Shown in pieces: positions 30,018 to 39,932 of a stretch of 64,000 nucleotides of DNA. The DNA is from an uncultured Acidimicrobiia bacterium (GTDB lineage: Bacteria; Pseudomonadota; Gammaproteobacteria; GCA-001735895): assembly GCA_964195315.1 (NCBI GenBank), contig CAXMOZ010000089.1, forward strand, positions 17,086 through 81,085, read 5' to 3'. Made by a program: the position numbers and the translations under genes. A model generated the notes under the pieces. It was given only the letters and a program-made list of their open reading frames with translations. It ran no database searches and was not told where the DNA came from. Positions within the stretch are counted from its first letter, which is position 1. Each line of letters begins with the position of its first letter.

Positions 30018-30639
30018 ACACATCCTGAGCAGCAATGTTGATGCGTCCGGTGTTATGCCCCTTAATCACTTGCAGAGAAAATCCACTGTTCTCGTTTTGC
30101 CAGCTATTTATTCGCAAACTGGCGTAGGGATTACCTCGCTTTTGGCTCAGGAAGTAATGACGAATTAAAAATACCACCTGCTGATTTTTACGGGCCTGCT
30201 GACTGACGAAAGCCAAGTCACCCGTCGAGAACTTTTTTGGTGCGTCGATGATAATGCGTTTGAATGTATCCTCCAGAAACAGAGGGCGAAGTTCTTTGGC
30301 AGGCTGTGCCGAACAGATAAAGAACAAACGCCGAAGATCAACGCCATGGCTAATCCAGCTTGAAGCAAAAATACCCAGGCCATGATGGTGGTATATCCAG
30401 ATACTCACGGGAATATTTTTTTTCAAAAACTGTAATGGAATCAGGCGTCCGTTCAAACCTGGTGGAATACCCCATTCAACCAAATCACCTGGCTTCACTG
30501 CGGTGAAACAATCATCAAGCGCGTCGATACCAGAACGTAATAATTGATGCTGATCGACTGAAGGCGAAAGCGATCTGGCTGATATTAGATGGCTAGAGAG
30601 GGGCGAATCAGTAAACTTTGGGGGGATTGACGCCATCAT
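30004..30639 (-). CDS. ImuA-like (degenerate RecA fold) protein
   Basis: LRSGIDALD..PGDLVEW, SHGVDLRRLFFI, IIIDAP; positioned between lexA and imuB; start set at ATG 30639. Confidence 0.65.
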   Translation of the reverse strand: MMASIPPKFTDSPLSSHLISARSLSPSVDQHQLLRSGIDALDDCFTAVKPGDLVEWGIPPGLNGRLIPLQFLKKNIPVSIWIYHHHGLGIFASSWISHGVDLRRLFFICSAQPAKELRPLFLEDTFKRIIIDAPKKFSTGDLAFVSQQARKNQQVVFLIRHYFLSQKRGNPYASLRINSWQNENSGFSLQVIKGHNTGRINIAAQDVYEQP

Positions 30640-30655
30640 AAATTCAAGCGTCCTG

Positions 30656-31255
30656 CTAAGTCTTGCGGATAATGCCGACAAGCTTGCCGATAATCTGCAG
30701 TTTTTGTGCAGGTACTTCACGTATCGCAATTTCAGGATTCGATGGCAATAGCAGAAATTGATCTCCTACCAGCTTGATACGTTTTAGTGTAATTTCATCA
30801 TCTATGCGCACGGCAAGAATGTCATTTTTGTTGTAGTCCTGCTGCAATTTAATCATCGCAATATCGCCTTCGGTAATCGAGTCTCCCGACATGCTTTCGC
30901 CCGCGACACGAATTCCCTGGATGTCACCACCACCGAAAAAATCACGGTTCACCGAGAAGGTTTCGCTGCTCTCATCAAACATAGCCGATGGCGCACCAGC
31001 TGGAATTCTGGCGGCCAGGTTAAACTCGCTGCTGTGCTCTACCGAATCACTCGCTAGCATGTAATCTGATACACGCTGCGAACGTTGTTTAATGTATCCC
31101 TTCTTCTGCAACGCCTTGAGGTGGAATCGAGCAGTAGTATGTTTAAAGCCAAAGTGATTGGCTATTTCGCGCAGCGATGGAAAAGGCAAACCTTGTGCCT
31201 GAACCTGCGTCGTAAAATCATAAACGGCTTGCTGAATATCGGTAAGAGAGTTCAT
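30656..31255 (-). CDS. lexA: LexA-family repressor (cassette-associated, LexA2-like)
   Basis: PSLREIANHFG HTH, IPAG cleavage site, GESM catalytic Ser, TLKR catalytic Lys; start at ATG 31255. Confidence 0.88.
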   Translation of the reverse strand: MNSLTDIQQAVYDFTTQVQAQGLPFPSLREIANHFGFKHTTARFHLKALQKKGYIKQRSQRVSDYMLASDSVEHSSEFNLAARIPAGAPSAMFDESSETFSVNRDFFGGGDIQGIRVAGESMSGDSITEGDIAMIKLQQDYNKNDILAVRIDDEITLKRIKLVGDQFLLLPSNPEIAIREVPAQKLQIIGKLVGIIRKT

Positions 31256-31261
31256 AAACGG

Positions 31262-31294
31262 TAGTCTAGTATCTAACAGCGTTATATGCAACAG
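31262..31294 (-). promoter_or_regulatory. Candidate LexA operator(s) immediately upstream of lexA
   Basis: Minus strand TTAG-ATACTA-GACTA (31276-31262) and imperfect CTGT-N8-ACGC (31294-31279). Confidence 0.35.
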
Positions 31295-31369
31295 TGTTTC
31301 ATAAAAATGAAGGCTCTACATAAGCGTATGAGTTTCCAGCTACCATCATGGCGCCGTCCGATATACGAC

Positions 31370-31502
31370 GTAGGCTATATAAGCCTGAGCGCCATCAGGC
31401 GTGAATAACTTGTCGATGCCAGCAAACAGACGATAAAAAATAATCGTAAGAACTCATAGTTGTTAGAAGCTTGCCGGAAGGCGTTTAGCTTTTCTGGCCT
31501 AG
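31370..31502. repeat. REP-doublet element, copy 2 (inverted relative to copy 1, more degenerate)
   Basis: GTAGGCTATATAAGCCTGAGCGCCATCAGGC ... TGCCGGAAGGCGTTTAGCTTTTCTGGCCTAG; ends align with 4478-4623. Confidence 0.68.
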
Positions 31503-31661
31503 GCAGCTCTGTGCCAGTATTTTAACTAGCCCTTTATCGAACAGCTAGTTTCAGTATACAATTTAGAATTTTCCTTTAAACTTTAACGCGTTGGCTGGAG
31601 CTTTGAGGCTTTATCAAAAAAATCATACGAGGCGTTTTACTCTTAAATTGGCTGTATTTTA

Positions 31662-32072
31662 ATGTTTTCTTGTTCGGGTAAACAACCCCTTAATCTAGGT
31701 GTTTCTGACGGGACTCTTGCGCCCTGTCCGGATACTCCCAACTGTGTCTCAAGCGACGCTAAAGACACAAAGCACCAAATATCGAATTACAGGTTAGCTT
31801 TGGCGCCAGACGAGGCTTGGCAGGCTGTTCGAGAAGCGGTGTTAAAGCTGCCAGGCACTAAAATTGTGAATGAGTCTGATGGATACCTGCATGCAGAATG
31901 CCGTAGCACCGTATTTGGATTTGTGGATGATCTAGAGCTGCACTTAAGGCCTGCTGCTGGGATTATTGCGATTCGGTCTGCGTCACGTCTGGGGCATTCT
32001 GATTTTGGCGTTAACCGAAAACGAGCAGAGCAATTGCGATTGAAGTTGACAGAGCAAGGCGTATTAAAGTAG
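31662..32072 (+). CDS. DUF1499 domain protein
   Basis: CPDTPNCVSS, FGFVDDLE, RSASRLGHSDFGVNRKR. Confidence 0.9.
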   Translation: MFSCSGKQPLNLGVSDGTLAPCPDTPNCVSSDAKDTKHQISNYRLALAPDEAWQAVREAVLKLPGTKIVNESDGYLHAECRSTVFGFVDDLELHLRPAAGIIAIRSASRLGHSDFGVNRKRAEQLRLKLTEQGVLK

Positions 32073-32164
32073 CTCGTTCGATCATGATCTTTATTGGCTT
32101 ATGCTTAAGCCTGTAAAATGTTTGAAATTTATACGCTTCTCAATTTAAATTAAAAGGTAGCACT

Positions 32165-33970
32165 ATGTCCTATTATAAAGCGCCGTTAAAGGAAATGCAG
32201 TTCGTTATTGAGGAGCTGTCAGAGTTGTCAGCACTGGCGAAGTTGCCAGGGTATGAAGATGCCGACAATGATCTTGTTGAAGCTATTCTTGAGCAGGCTG
32301 GAAAGTTTGCAGAAGAAGTCGTCTCGCCGTTGAATAAACCAGGTGATGAGCACGGTACGTTTATCGAAAATGGTCAGGTCGTTAGTCCACCTGGTTTTAC
32401 TGAAGCCTTCCAGCAGTTTGCTGAAAATGGTTGGTTGAGTCTCAAACAACCCACAGAGTACGATGGGCAGGGCATGCCTTATCTTTTGCATTCTGCGGTC
32501 ACTGAAATGTGGAATTCGTCGAATATTGCTTTGGCGCTATGCCCTTTATTAACATCGGGCGCCATCGAGTCAATTTATGTGCATGCCAGCGATGCGTTAA
32601 AGCAGCAATATCTTACCAAAATGATTGCAGGCGAGTGGACTGGTACGATGAACCTTACCGAGTCTCATGCGGGTACTGACCTCGCTGCTATTCGTACGCG
32701 GGCAGACCGTGATGGCGAGAATTACCGCATTAGTGGACAAAAAATATACATCACCTGGGGTGAGCACGAGATGTCGGAGAATATTATTCATCTCGTGTTG
32801 GCTCGTCTACCCGATGCGCCTGAAGGCGTTAAGGGGATTTCATTATTTTTGGTTCCCAAATTTATGGTGAATGAAGATGGCAGTTTGGGTGATCGAAACG
32901 ATTTAAAAGTCGTCTCTGTAGAGCATAAGCTGGGCATACATGCCTCGCCCACTTGTGTCATGAGCTATGGTGATAACGATGGCGCAGTGGGTTATTTGAT
33001 TGGCGAAGAAAATAATGGACTGGCCTGTATGTTTACGATGATGAATAACGCTCGTCATGAAGTTGGAATGCAGGGCGTTGGGTTATCGGAAAGAGCTTAT
33101 CAGGCTGCTTTGTGGTACGCCCAGGAACGCGTGCAGGGTTATGCTCATGGGTCTAGTGATCGCGTCACTATTATTCATCACCCGGATGTCCGGCGAGTAT
33201 TGATGCAAATGCGAGCGCTGACGGAAGCCAGCCGTGCCTTTGGCTACGTCACCGCGAGTATGACTGATCTGGCGCATCATTCTGTTTCAGGCGATGACCG
33301 GTCTCGCTATCAGCGTAGGCTCGATTTATATATTCCTATTATCAAAGCCTGGTGTACAGAGATGGCTCAGGAAGTCACTTATTTGGGCGTGCAAGTGTAT
33401 GGTGGAATGGGTTTTATCGAAGAAACGGGTGCGGCTCAATATATGCGTGATGCACGAATCTTGACTATTTATGAAGGTACAACTGGGATTCAGGCGATTG
33501 ACTTGATGGGGCGTAAAATGTGGCGTGATAAAGGGCTGGGCATGGGCGAGTTAATGGCCGAAATGGAAGCTTTCGAAGCTGCTATGCCCTATCAATCGGG
33601 TGAGGACCAAGCGGATGCGTTTGTTCGTATTAAACGTGAACTTGGCCGAGCATTGATTGGCTTGAAAGAAACAACGCAATGGTTTCTGGCGCAAGCTAGC
33701 GACGATCCTTATCTGGCAGGCTCAATTGGTGTAAATTATATGATGCAAGCGGGTAATGTGATTGCTGGATGGTTAATGGCTCGATCAGCGGTTTCTGCCC
33801 AACAGCATATTGATGCTGGTGCGAGTGAGGTTTTTTATCGCAATAAGATAAGTACTGCGTTATTTTTTGCCGAGCATATTTTGCCGCGTAGTGAGGCCTT
33901 GAAAATATCGGTTCAGGCTGGTTCGGGTAGTGTCATGGGTATCGATGTTGATGATTTTTCAAGCCATTAG
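32165..33970 (+). CDS. Acyl-CoA dehydrogenase (long, about 600-aa type)
   Basis: MNLTESHAGTDL, GQKIYITWG, EHKLGIHASPTC, YGGMGFIEE, IYEGTTGIQA. Confidence 0.95.
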   Translation: MSYYKAPLKEMQFVIEELSELSALAKLPGYEDADNDLVEAILEQAGKFAEEVVSPLNKPGDEHGTFIENGQVVSPPGFTEAFQQFAENGWLSLKQPTEYDGQGMPYLLHSAVTEMWNSSNIALALCPLLTSGAIESIYVHASDALKQQYLTKMIAGEWTGTMNLTESHAGTDLAAIRTRADRDGENYRISGQKIYITWGEHEMSENIIHLVLARLPDAPEGVKGISLFLVPKFMVNEDGSLGDRNDLKVVSVEHKLGIHASPTCVMSYGDNDGAVGYLIGEENNGLACMFTMMNNARHEVGMQGVGLSERAYQAALWYAQERVQGYAHGSSDRVTIIHHPDVRRVLMQMRALTEASRAFGYVTASMTDLAHHSVSGDDRSRYQRRLDLYIPIIKAWCTEMAQEVTYLGVQVYGGMGFIEETGAAQYMRDARILTIYEGTTGIQAIDLMGRKMWRDKGLGMGELMAEMEAFEAAMPYQSGEDQADAFVRIKRELGRALIGLKETTQWFLAQASDDPYLAGSIGVNYMMQAGNVIAGWLMARSAVSAQQHIDAGASEVFYRNKISTALFFAEHILPRSEALKISVQAGSGSVMGIDVDDFSSH

Positions 33971-34018
33971 AATTTTAGTGAGCCTTTACTGATAGAGAAA
34001 GACTAAGGGGAAAGATTT

Positions 34019-34501
34019 ATGAGTCAGCTTAAATCGAGAACCTACAAAGAGCTCGAAACCGGAGATCAAGGACGATTCTCGAAAACGGTGACGGAGCGTG
34101 ACATTATTCTGTTTGGTGAAACCTCGGGTGATGTTAATCCGGTCCATTTCGATGAAGCCTATGCCTCGAAGACGATTTTTAAAGGCCGTATTGCACACGG
34201 CATGTGGTCCGCCAGTTTAATATCGACCTGCATTGGCACTGTCATGCCGGGCCCTGGCAGTATTTACCTGGGGCAAACACTAGATTTTAAACTGCCGGTT
34301 CGTTTGGGCGATACCTTAACGGCTGTAGTCACTATTGATCAAAAGATCGATGCAAAAAAATTACTAATTATTAATTGTGTGGTGACAAATCAAAATAATG
34401 AAGTTGTTGTGAATGGAGAAGCAAAGGTTATGCCGCCACGTAAGAGTGCTGATCTTATCTCAGCTCCATTACCAAGCATTACTGTCGCTGGTTTGCATTA
34501 G
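34019..34501 (+). CDS. MaoC/PhaJ-like (R)-specific enoyl-CoA hydratase
   Basis: SGDVNPVHFD hydratase motif, IAHGM, FKLPVRLGD. Confidence 0.9.
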   Translation: MSQLKSRTYKELETGDQGRFSKTVTERDIILFGETSGDVNPVHFDEAYASKTIFKGRIAHGMWSASLISTCIGTVMPGPGSIYLGQTLDFKLPVRLGDTLTAVVTIDQKIDAKKLLIINCVVTNQNNEVVVNGEAKVMPPRKSADLISAPLPSITVAGLH

Positions 34502-34503
34502 TC

Positions 34504-34950
34504 ATGTCCAGAGTCGATGATCTTGAAAGGGTAGACTTTAATTTTTTCACCTCGGTGCCTACACGCTGGGGCGATGCGGATATGTTGGGGCATATTAATA
34601 ATGCGATTTTCGTCCGTTATCTTGAGTCAGGACGGTTAGATTATTTAGATCGAGTGCTTGGCCTTAAATTCAAGCAACCGATAGCGCAGGGTATCTTGGT
34701 GGCAGATATGCACGTTTCCTACTTAAGTCAGGTACATCACCCGGCAAATCTCGAAGTCGCCACGCGTGTCAGTCGAATCGGTAATACCAGTTTCGATATA
34801 TCGGCTAATATTTATGACGAAAATGGTGCTGTGGTAGTGATATCAAAAGCCGTTTGTGTGTGGTTTGATTTTGCATTGAACCAAAAAAAAGCGGTACCGT
34901 TAGCTGCCAGAGATGCTGTGTTTGATATAGAAGTCATTAAACCTGATTGA
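34504..34950 (+). CDS. Acyl-CoA thioesterase (4HBT/YbgC hot-dog family)
   Basis: RWGDADMLGHINNA..YLESGR, RIGNTS. Confidence 0.9.
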   Translation: MSRVDDLERVDFNFFTSVPTRWGDADMLGHINNAIFVRYLESGRLDYLDRVLGLKFKQPIAQGILVADMHVSYLSQVHHPANLEVATRVSRIGNTSFDISANIYDENGAVVVISKAVCVWFDFALNQKKAVPLAARDAVFDIEVIKPD

Positions 34951-35086
34951 GCCAGACGAATAGTGTTACCTGATGAAAAAGCCTTTCTTATTCGTGGCCT
35001 ATTCATTCTAAATCTAGTATTTTTATAGAAGATAGTGATTATTTTTTATCCAATTCGATAAGATCGATTTTAGTTTTGTGATTGTG

Positions 35087-35103
35087 TGTTAGAATGTGCG
35101 CCG
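35087..35103 (+). promoter_or_regulatory. Candidate extended -10 promoter for the stand-alone fusA
   Basis: TG-T-TAGAAT followed by GC-rich GTGCGCCG discriminator. Confidence 0.4.
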
Positions 35104-35260
35104 ATAGAAACCCTGTTCGATGTAAATTACTTTGTAAATCAATAGCTTGCGTTAGTTTAGCTCCTTTGATTCATGAAGAAGGAACGCTATTCCTTAGCAA
35201 CATGCCGGCGATAAGTGGGCAGTTAACAGTATTTTATAACCATTTTATTTGAGAATAACC

Positions 35261-37348
35261 ATGGCAGACCTTGATAAGTATCGAAATATAGGCATTTTTG
35301 CCCATGTCGATGCCGGTAAAACAACGACCACTGAACGCATACTGAAGCTCACCGGAAAAATCCACAAAATCGGTGAAGTGCACGATGGTGCAGCTACCAC
35401 TGATTTCATGGATCAGGAGCAAGAGCGTGGTATTACCATTCAATCAGCTGCAACTAGTTGTGAGTGGGACGGGCATCGTTTCAATATCATTGATACACCG
35501 GGTCACGTTGATTTCACAATTGAAGTTTATCGTTCACTGAAAGTGCTGGATGGTGGTGTTGGTGTATTCTGTGGTTCTGGCGGCGTAGAGCCTCAATCAG
35601 AAACCAACTGGCGTTATGCGAATGAATCGGGCGTTGCTCGTGTTATTTTCGTTAACAAGTTAGATCGGCTTGGTGCTGACTACTACCGCGTTGTAAAGCA
35701 AGTTGAAGAAGTTTTGGGCGCAAACCCAATGTTGATGGTGTTGCCAATTGGCACTGAAGAAGATTTTACCGGTTGTGTTGATTTACTGACTCGCAAAGCA
35801 TGGGTGTGGGACGGTTCAGGTGATCCTACCAAATACGAAATTCAAGAGCCACCAGCTGACATGGCGGATCTGGTTGAAGAGTATCGCGAAAAATTAATCG
35901 AATTGGCGTTAGAGCAAGATGACGATCTACTTGAGAAGTACCTTGAAGGCGAAGAGCCATCAATGGCCGATATTAAGCGTTGTATACGAAAAGGTACGAT
36001 CGCACTCGATTTCTTTCCAACTTTTTGTGGTTCGGCGTTCAAGAACAAAGGCATTCAGTTAGTTTTGAATGGTGTTGTTGATTACTTGCCAAGCCCAACT
36101 GAGGTAATACCTCAGCCGGAAGTTGATCTGGAAGGAAATGCTACCGGTGAGTTTGCTATTGTTGATCCAGAGAAGCCTTTGCGCGCATTGGCATTCAAGA
36201 TCATGGATGACCGTTTTGGCGCATTAACTTTTACTCGAATATACTCTGGTAAGCTGGAAAAAGGCTCGAGCGTATTAAATACCTTTACCGGTAAGACTGA
36301 ACGAATCGGGCGTATTGTTGAAATGCATGCGGATGATCGAATCGAGCTAGATTCTGCGCAAGCAGGCGATATTGTCGCGATCGTTGGTATGAAGAATGTT
36401 CAGACAGGCCACACGCTTTGTGATCCTAAGTTTCCCGCAACGCTAGAGCCTATGGTGTTTCCTGATCCAGTTATCTCTATATCGATTACGCCTAAAGATC
36501 AAAGTGCGTCAGAAAAAATGGGTGTAGCACTGGGTAAGATGATTAAAGAAGATCCATCTTTTCATGTCGAAACTGACGAAGAGAGTGGGGAAACTATCAT
36601 CAAAGGTATGGGTGAATTACACCTAGATATCAAAGTAGATATTTTACGTCGCACACACATGGTTGATGTTACTGTTGGTAAGCCGCAGGTGGCCTACCGT
36701 GAAACAATTACGCAGCGTATTGAGGACAGCTACACGCACAAGAAGCAAACCGGTGGTTCTGGTCAGTTCGGTAAGATCGACTATGTTATCGAGCCAGGTG
36801 AGCCAGGTAGTGGTTATGAGTTCGAGTCGAAAGTGACTGGCGGTAATGTTCCGCGCGAATTTTGGACTGCAGTCGAAAAGGGTTTTCGTGTTTGTATGGT
36901 GGAAGGCGTGCTTGCAGGCTTCCCGTTGCTGGACGTTAAGATAACGTTGGTTGATGGTGCTTTCCATGCGGTCGATTCATCGGCTATTGCGTTTGAGACA
37001 GCGGCAAAAGGCGGTTATCGTCAGTCGATACCAAAAGCGAGTCCGCAGTTAATGGAGCCAATCATGAAGGTTGACGTTTTCGTGCCCGAGGATCACGTAG
37101 GTGATGTTATCGGCGACTTGAACCGGCGTCGTGGCATGATTAAGGCGCAGGAAGCTGCAGCCAGTGGCGTTCGGGTAAAAGCGAATGTACCCCTGTCAGA
37201 AATGTTTGGCTACATCGGTGACTTGCGGACCATGACTTCTGGTCGTGGTCAGTTCTCAATGGAGTTTGAGCACTACCTGCCTTGTCCAAAGAATGTATCT
37301 GAGCAAGTTATTAAAGAAGTTAAAGAGCGTAAAGAAGCTAAAAAGTAG
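35261..37348 (+). CDS. fusA: Elongation factor G, stand-alone paralogue
   Basis: [27 protein letters not shown]; full five-domain length; ATG 35261. Confidence 0.97.
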   Translation: MADLDKYRNIGIFAHVDAGKTTTTERILKLTGKIHKIGEVHDGAATTDFMDQEQERGITIQSAATSCEWDGHRFNIIDTPGHVDFTIEVYRSLKVLDGGVGVFCGSGGVEPQSETNWRYANESGVARVIFVNKLDRLGADYYRVVKQVEEVLGANPMLMVLPIGTEEDFTGCVDLLTRKAWVWDGSGDPTKYEIQEPPADMADLVEEYREKLIELALEQDDDLLEKYLEGEEPSMADIKRCIRKGTIALDFFPTFCGSAFKNKGIQLVLNGVVDYLPSPTEVIPQPEVDLEGNATGEFAIVDPEKPLRALAFKIMDDRFGALTFTRIYSGKLEKGSSVLNTFTGKTERIGRIVEMHADDRIELDSAQAGDIVAIVGMKNVQTGHTLCDPKFPATLEPMVFPDPVISISITPKDQSASEKMGVALGKMIKEDPSFHVETDEESGETIIKGMGELHLDIKVDILRRTHMVDVTVGKPQVAYRETITQRIEDSYTHKKQTGGSGQFGKIDYVIEPGEPGSGYEFESKVTGGNVPREFWTAVEKGFRVCMVEGVLAGFPLLDVKITLVDGAFHAVDSSAIAFETAAKGGYRQSIPKASPQLMEPIMKVDVFVPEDHVGDVIGDLNRRRGMIKAQEAAASGVRVKANVPLSEMFGYIGDLRTMTSGRGQFSMEFEHYLPCPKNVSEQVIKEVKERKEAKK

Positions 37349-37381
37349 TCTCTTACATCGGGCAATTTAAGCTCGATATTG

Positions 37382-37410
37382 AAAGGCCTCGAACTAATAG
37401 AGGCCTTTTT
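37382..37410 (+). terminator. Intrinsic terminator after fusA
   Basis: AAAGGCCTC-9 nt-GAGGCCTTT followed by TT. Confidence 0.75.
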
Positions 37411-37452
37411 CAATAAGGCGTTGATTAATTGTTAAATTATGCGTTATTGCTA

Positions 37453-37481
37453 TTGACAGAACCATACGCCATGTAGAGAAT
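37453..37481 (+). promoter_or_regulatory. Sigma70 promoter of the tRNA-tuf operon
   Basis: TTGACA, 17 bp, GAGAAT, 13 bp upstream of tRNA-Tyr. Confidence 0.6.
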
Positions 37482-37494
37482 ACGCACCTTGTTT

Positions 37495-37579
37495 GGAGGG
37501 GTTCCCGAGCGGCCAAAGGGGGCAGACTGTAAATCTGCTGGCTCAGCCTTCGGTGGTTCGAATCCACCTCCCTCCACCA
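37495..37579 (+). tRNA. tRNA-Tyr(GTA)
   Basis: Cloverleaf with CTGTAAA loop, long variable arm, GTTCGAATC, encoded CCA. Confidence 0.97.
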
Positions 37580-37733
37580 TTATTAAGTTAAGAGCGGCAT
37601 TGGCTAGAAAAGTAATCAGCGACTTGTAACCATCGTTGATTATTCGTTTGTCACTCAGTGGTAGAAATCGCGCAGAAGCGCGTACTGGTAAGGCCGATAC
37701 GATTGGCTGGTCTAAGCCAGAAATGTAAAGCTT

Positions 37734-37807
37734 GCGGGTGTCGTATAATGGTATTACCTCAGCCTTCCAAGCTGATGACGCGGGTCCGATTCCCGCCACC
37801 CGCTCCA
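37734..37807 (+). tRNA. tRNA-Gly(TCC), T-loop variant
   Basis: 74-nt cloverleaf, CTTCCAA loop, encoded CCA; T-loop reads TCCGATT. Confidence 0.93.
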
Positions 37808-37853
37808 TACTTTATAGGGTATAGATTAAAGGTTGGAGTTGTTATTGAATTAG

Positions 37854-37929
<76 letters not shown>

Positions 37930-38049
37930 TTGTTTAATATGGAATGTTTGATGTTAAATGATGAGCTTTAATTTTAAGCCTAGATTTTTATTGGCTAGGG
38001 CTAGTTTTAGCCGAATTGTAATTAGATAAGTAGCGCTGAGAGAACTGTT

Positions 38050-39240
38050 ATGGCAAAAGCAAAATTTGAAAGAAACAAGCCCCACGTCAATGTGGGAACG
38101 ATTGGTCACGTCGATCATGGCAAGACCACGCTAACCGCAGCACTGACCAAAGTAATGGCAGAGCAGCAAGGTGGTGAAGTTAAAGCATTCGCTGAAATCG
38201 ATAATGCACCCGAAGAAAAGGCGCGTGGTATAACTATCTCGACTTCGCATGTCGAGTATGAATCAGTTAATCGTCACTACGCACACGTCGATTGCCCAGG
38301 TCACGCAGATTATGTTAAAAACATGATTACTGGTGCAGCCCAAATGGACGGCGCTATTTTAGTCTGTTCAGCAGCAGACGGTCCAATGCCTCAAACACGT
38401 GAGCACATCTTGCTATCACGTCAGGTTGGTGTTCCTTATATCGTAGTCTTCATGAATAAAGCCGACATGGTTGATGATGAAGAGCTATTAGAGCTAGTAG
38501 AAATGGAAATTCGTGAACTACTAGACGCTTACGATTTCCCGGGCGACGATACGCCAATCATCACAGGTTCTGCCCTAAAAGCATTAGAAGGCGATACTAG
38601 TGAAATTGGTGTTCCATCGATCATGAGGCTAGTCGAGGCATTAGATACTTACGTACCAGAGCCAGAACGAGCAATCGAAGGCGACTACCTGATGCCAGTA
38701 GAAGATGTGTTCTCTATTTCAGGTCGAGGAACAGTAGTAACAGGTCGAATTGAGCGTGGAATCGTCAAAGTTGGCGAAGAAATAGCTGTTGTCGGTATTA
38801 CCGATACTATCAAGACCACTTGTACTGGTGTTGAGATGTTTCGTAAATTGCTTGACCAAGGTCAGGCTGGTGACAACGTTGGTATCTTATTACGTGGTAC
38901 TAAACGGGAAGACGTTCAGCGTGGTCAAGTATTAGCGAAGCCGGGTTCAATTACGCCACACACAAAGTTTGAATGTGAAGTGTATATCCTGTCGAAAGAC
39001 GAAGGTGGTCGTCACACACCATTCTTTAATGGCTATCGCCCTCAGTTTTACTTCCGTACGACTGACGTTACTGGTGCTTGTGAATTACCAGAAGGTATTG
39101 AAATGGTCATGCCTGGTGACAACGTTAAGATGGAAGTTACCTTAATAGCACCAATCGCAATGGACGATGGACTTCGCTTCGCAATTCGTGAAGGTGGTCG
39201 TACTGTTGGTGCGGGTGTTGTTGCTAAGATTCTTGCGTAA
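38050..39240 (+). CDS. tuf: Elongation factor Tu, copy 1
   Basis: [34 protein letters not shown]. Confidence 0.99.
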   Translation: MAKAKFERNKPHVNVGTIGHVDHGKTTLTAALTKVMAEQQGGEVKAFAEIDNAPEEKARGITISTSHVEYESVNRHYAHVDCPGHADYVKNMITGAAQMDGAILVCSAADGPMPQTREHILLSRQVGVPYIVVFMNKADMVDDEELLELVEMEIRELLDAYDFPGDDTPIITGSALKALEGDTSEIGVPSIMRLVEALDTYVPEPERAIEGDYLMPVEDVFSISGRGTVVTGRIERGIVKVGEEIAVVGITDTIKTTCTGVEMFRKLLDQGQAGDNVGILLRGTKREDVQRGQVLAKPGSITPHTKFECEVYILSKDEGGRHTPFFNGYRPQFYFRTTDVTGACELPEGIEMVMPGDNVKMEVTLIAPIAMDDGLRFAIREGGRTVGAGVVAKILA

Positions 39241-39327
39241 GATTCTGTATAGAATTATTGAGTGAGAATATTGATTAGGAAGGTCGGGTAAAATACTCGA
39301 GTAAGTAAGTAGATATATTATTGCATC

Positions 39328-39358
39328 AGGGCGGGAGATGGGCTACCATCCCCGCCCT
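39328..39358. other. Stable GC-rich hairpin between tuf and tRNA-Trp
   Basis: AGGGCGGG(A)GATGG-gcta-CCATCCCCGCCCT, 13 bp with one bulge. Confidence 0.55.
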
Positions 39359-39422
39359 TCGTTTGAAGGCGATAATTATCTTATGCAAGTAAAGGCGGAG
39401 ATTTAGTTCCGTCGCCAAGTTT

Positions 39423-39498
<76 letters not shown>

Positions 39499-39524
39499 TA
39501 TTCGCTAAAGGTCGAGGTATTTTC

Positions 39525-39896
39525 GTGGTAGCAAAGGATGAACAGCCGGCGTCAAGTTTTGATACATTAAAGCTTGTAGTAGCTTTATTGATGTTGATTG
39601 GTGCTATTGCTGGTTACTACTATTTTGAAGGTGAGTCTCAGTTATTTCGAGTCCTCGGTTTGTTGGTGGTGGCTGGAGTTGCAGTTTTTCTGGTTTCGAT
39701 TACCAGTATTGGGAAAAGAGCGCTTGGGTTTTTTAAGGATGCCCGGGTTGAAGTCCGTAAGGTGGTCTGGCCTACACGGCAGGAAACGATTCAAACAACA
39801 CTGATGGTTATAATCATGGTGTTTATTGTGGCGCTGATGCTTTGGGCTGTTGATTCTGCTCTTGGTTGGGGTGTTCGTAGTATATTGGCTTTATGA
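39525..39896 (+). CDS. secE: Preprotein translocase SecE (3-TM type)
   Basis: EVRKVVWPTRQET; GTG start. Confidence 0.97.
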   Translation: MVAKDEQPASSFDTLKLVVALLMLIGAIAGYYYFEGESQLFRVLGLLVVAGVAVFLVSITSIGKRALGFFKDARVEVRKVVWPTRQETIQTTLMVIIMVFIVALMLWAVDSALGWGVRSILAL

Positions 39897-39932
39897 ACGT
39901 ACTTAAGATGAACGCTTTGGTGAGCTGGTTAA

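Noticed and set aside
37580-37733. tRNA-like fragments (CTCAGTGGTAGA, CTGGTAAGG) and small hairpins in the Tyr-Gly spacer
   Set aside because: Spacing does not fit a cloverleaf; no acceptor stem or T-arm; cannot be called a tRNA or pseudo-tRNA
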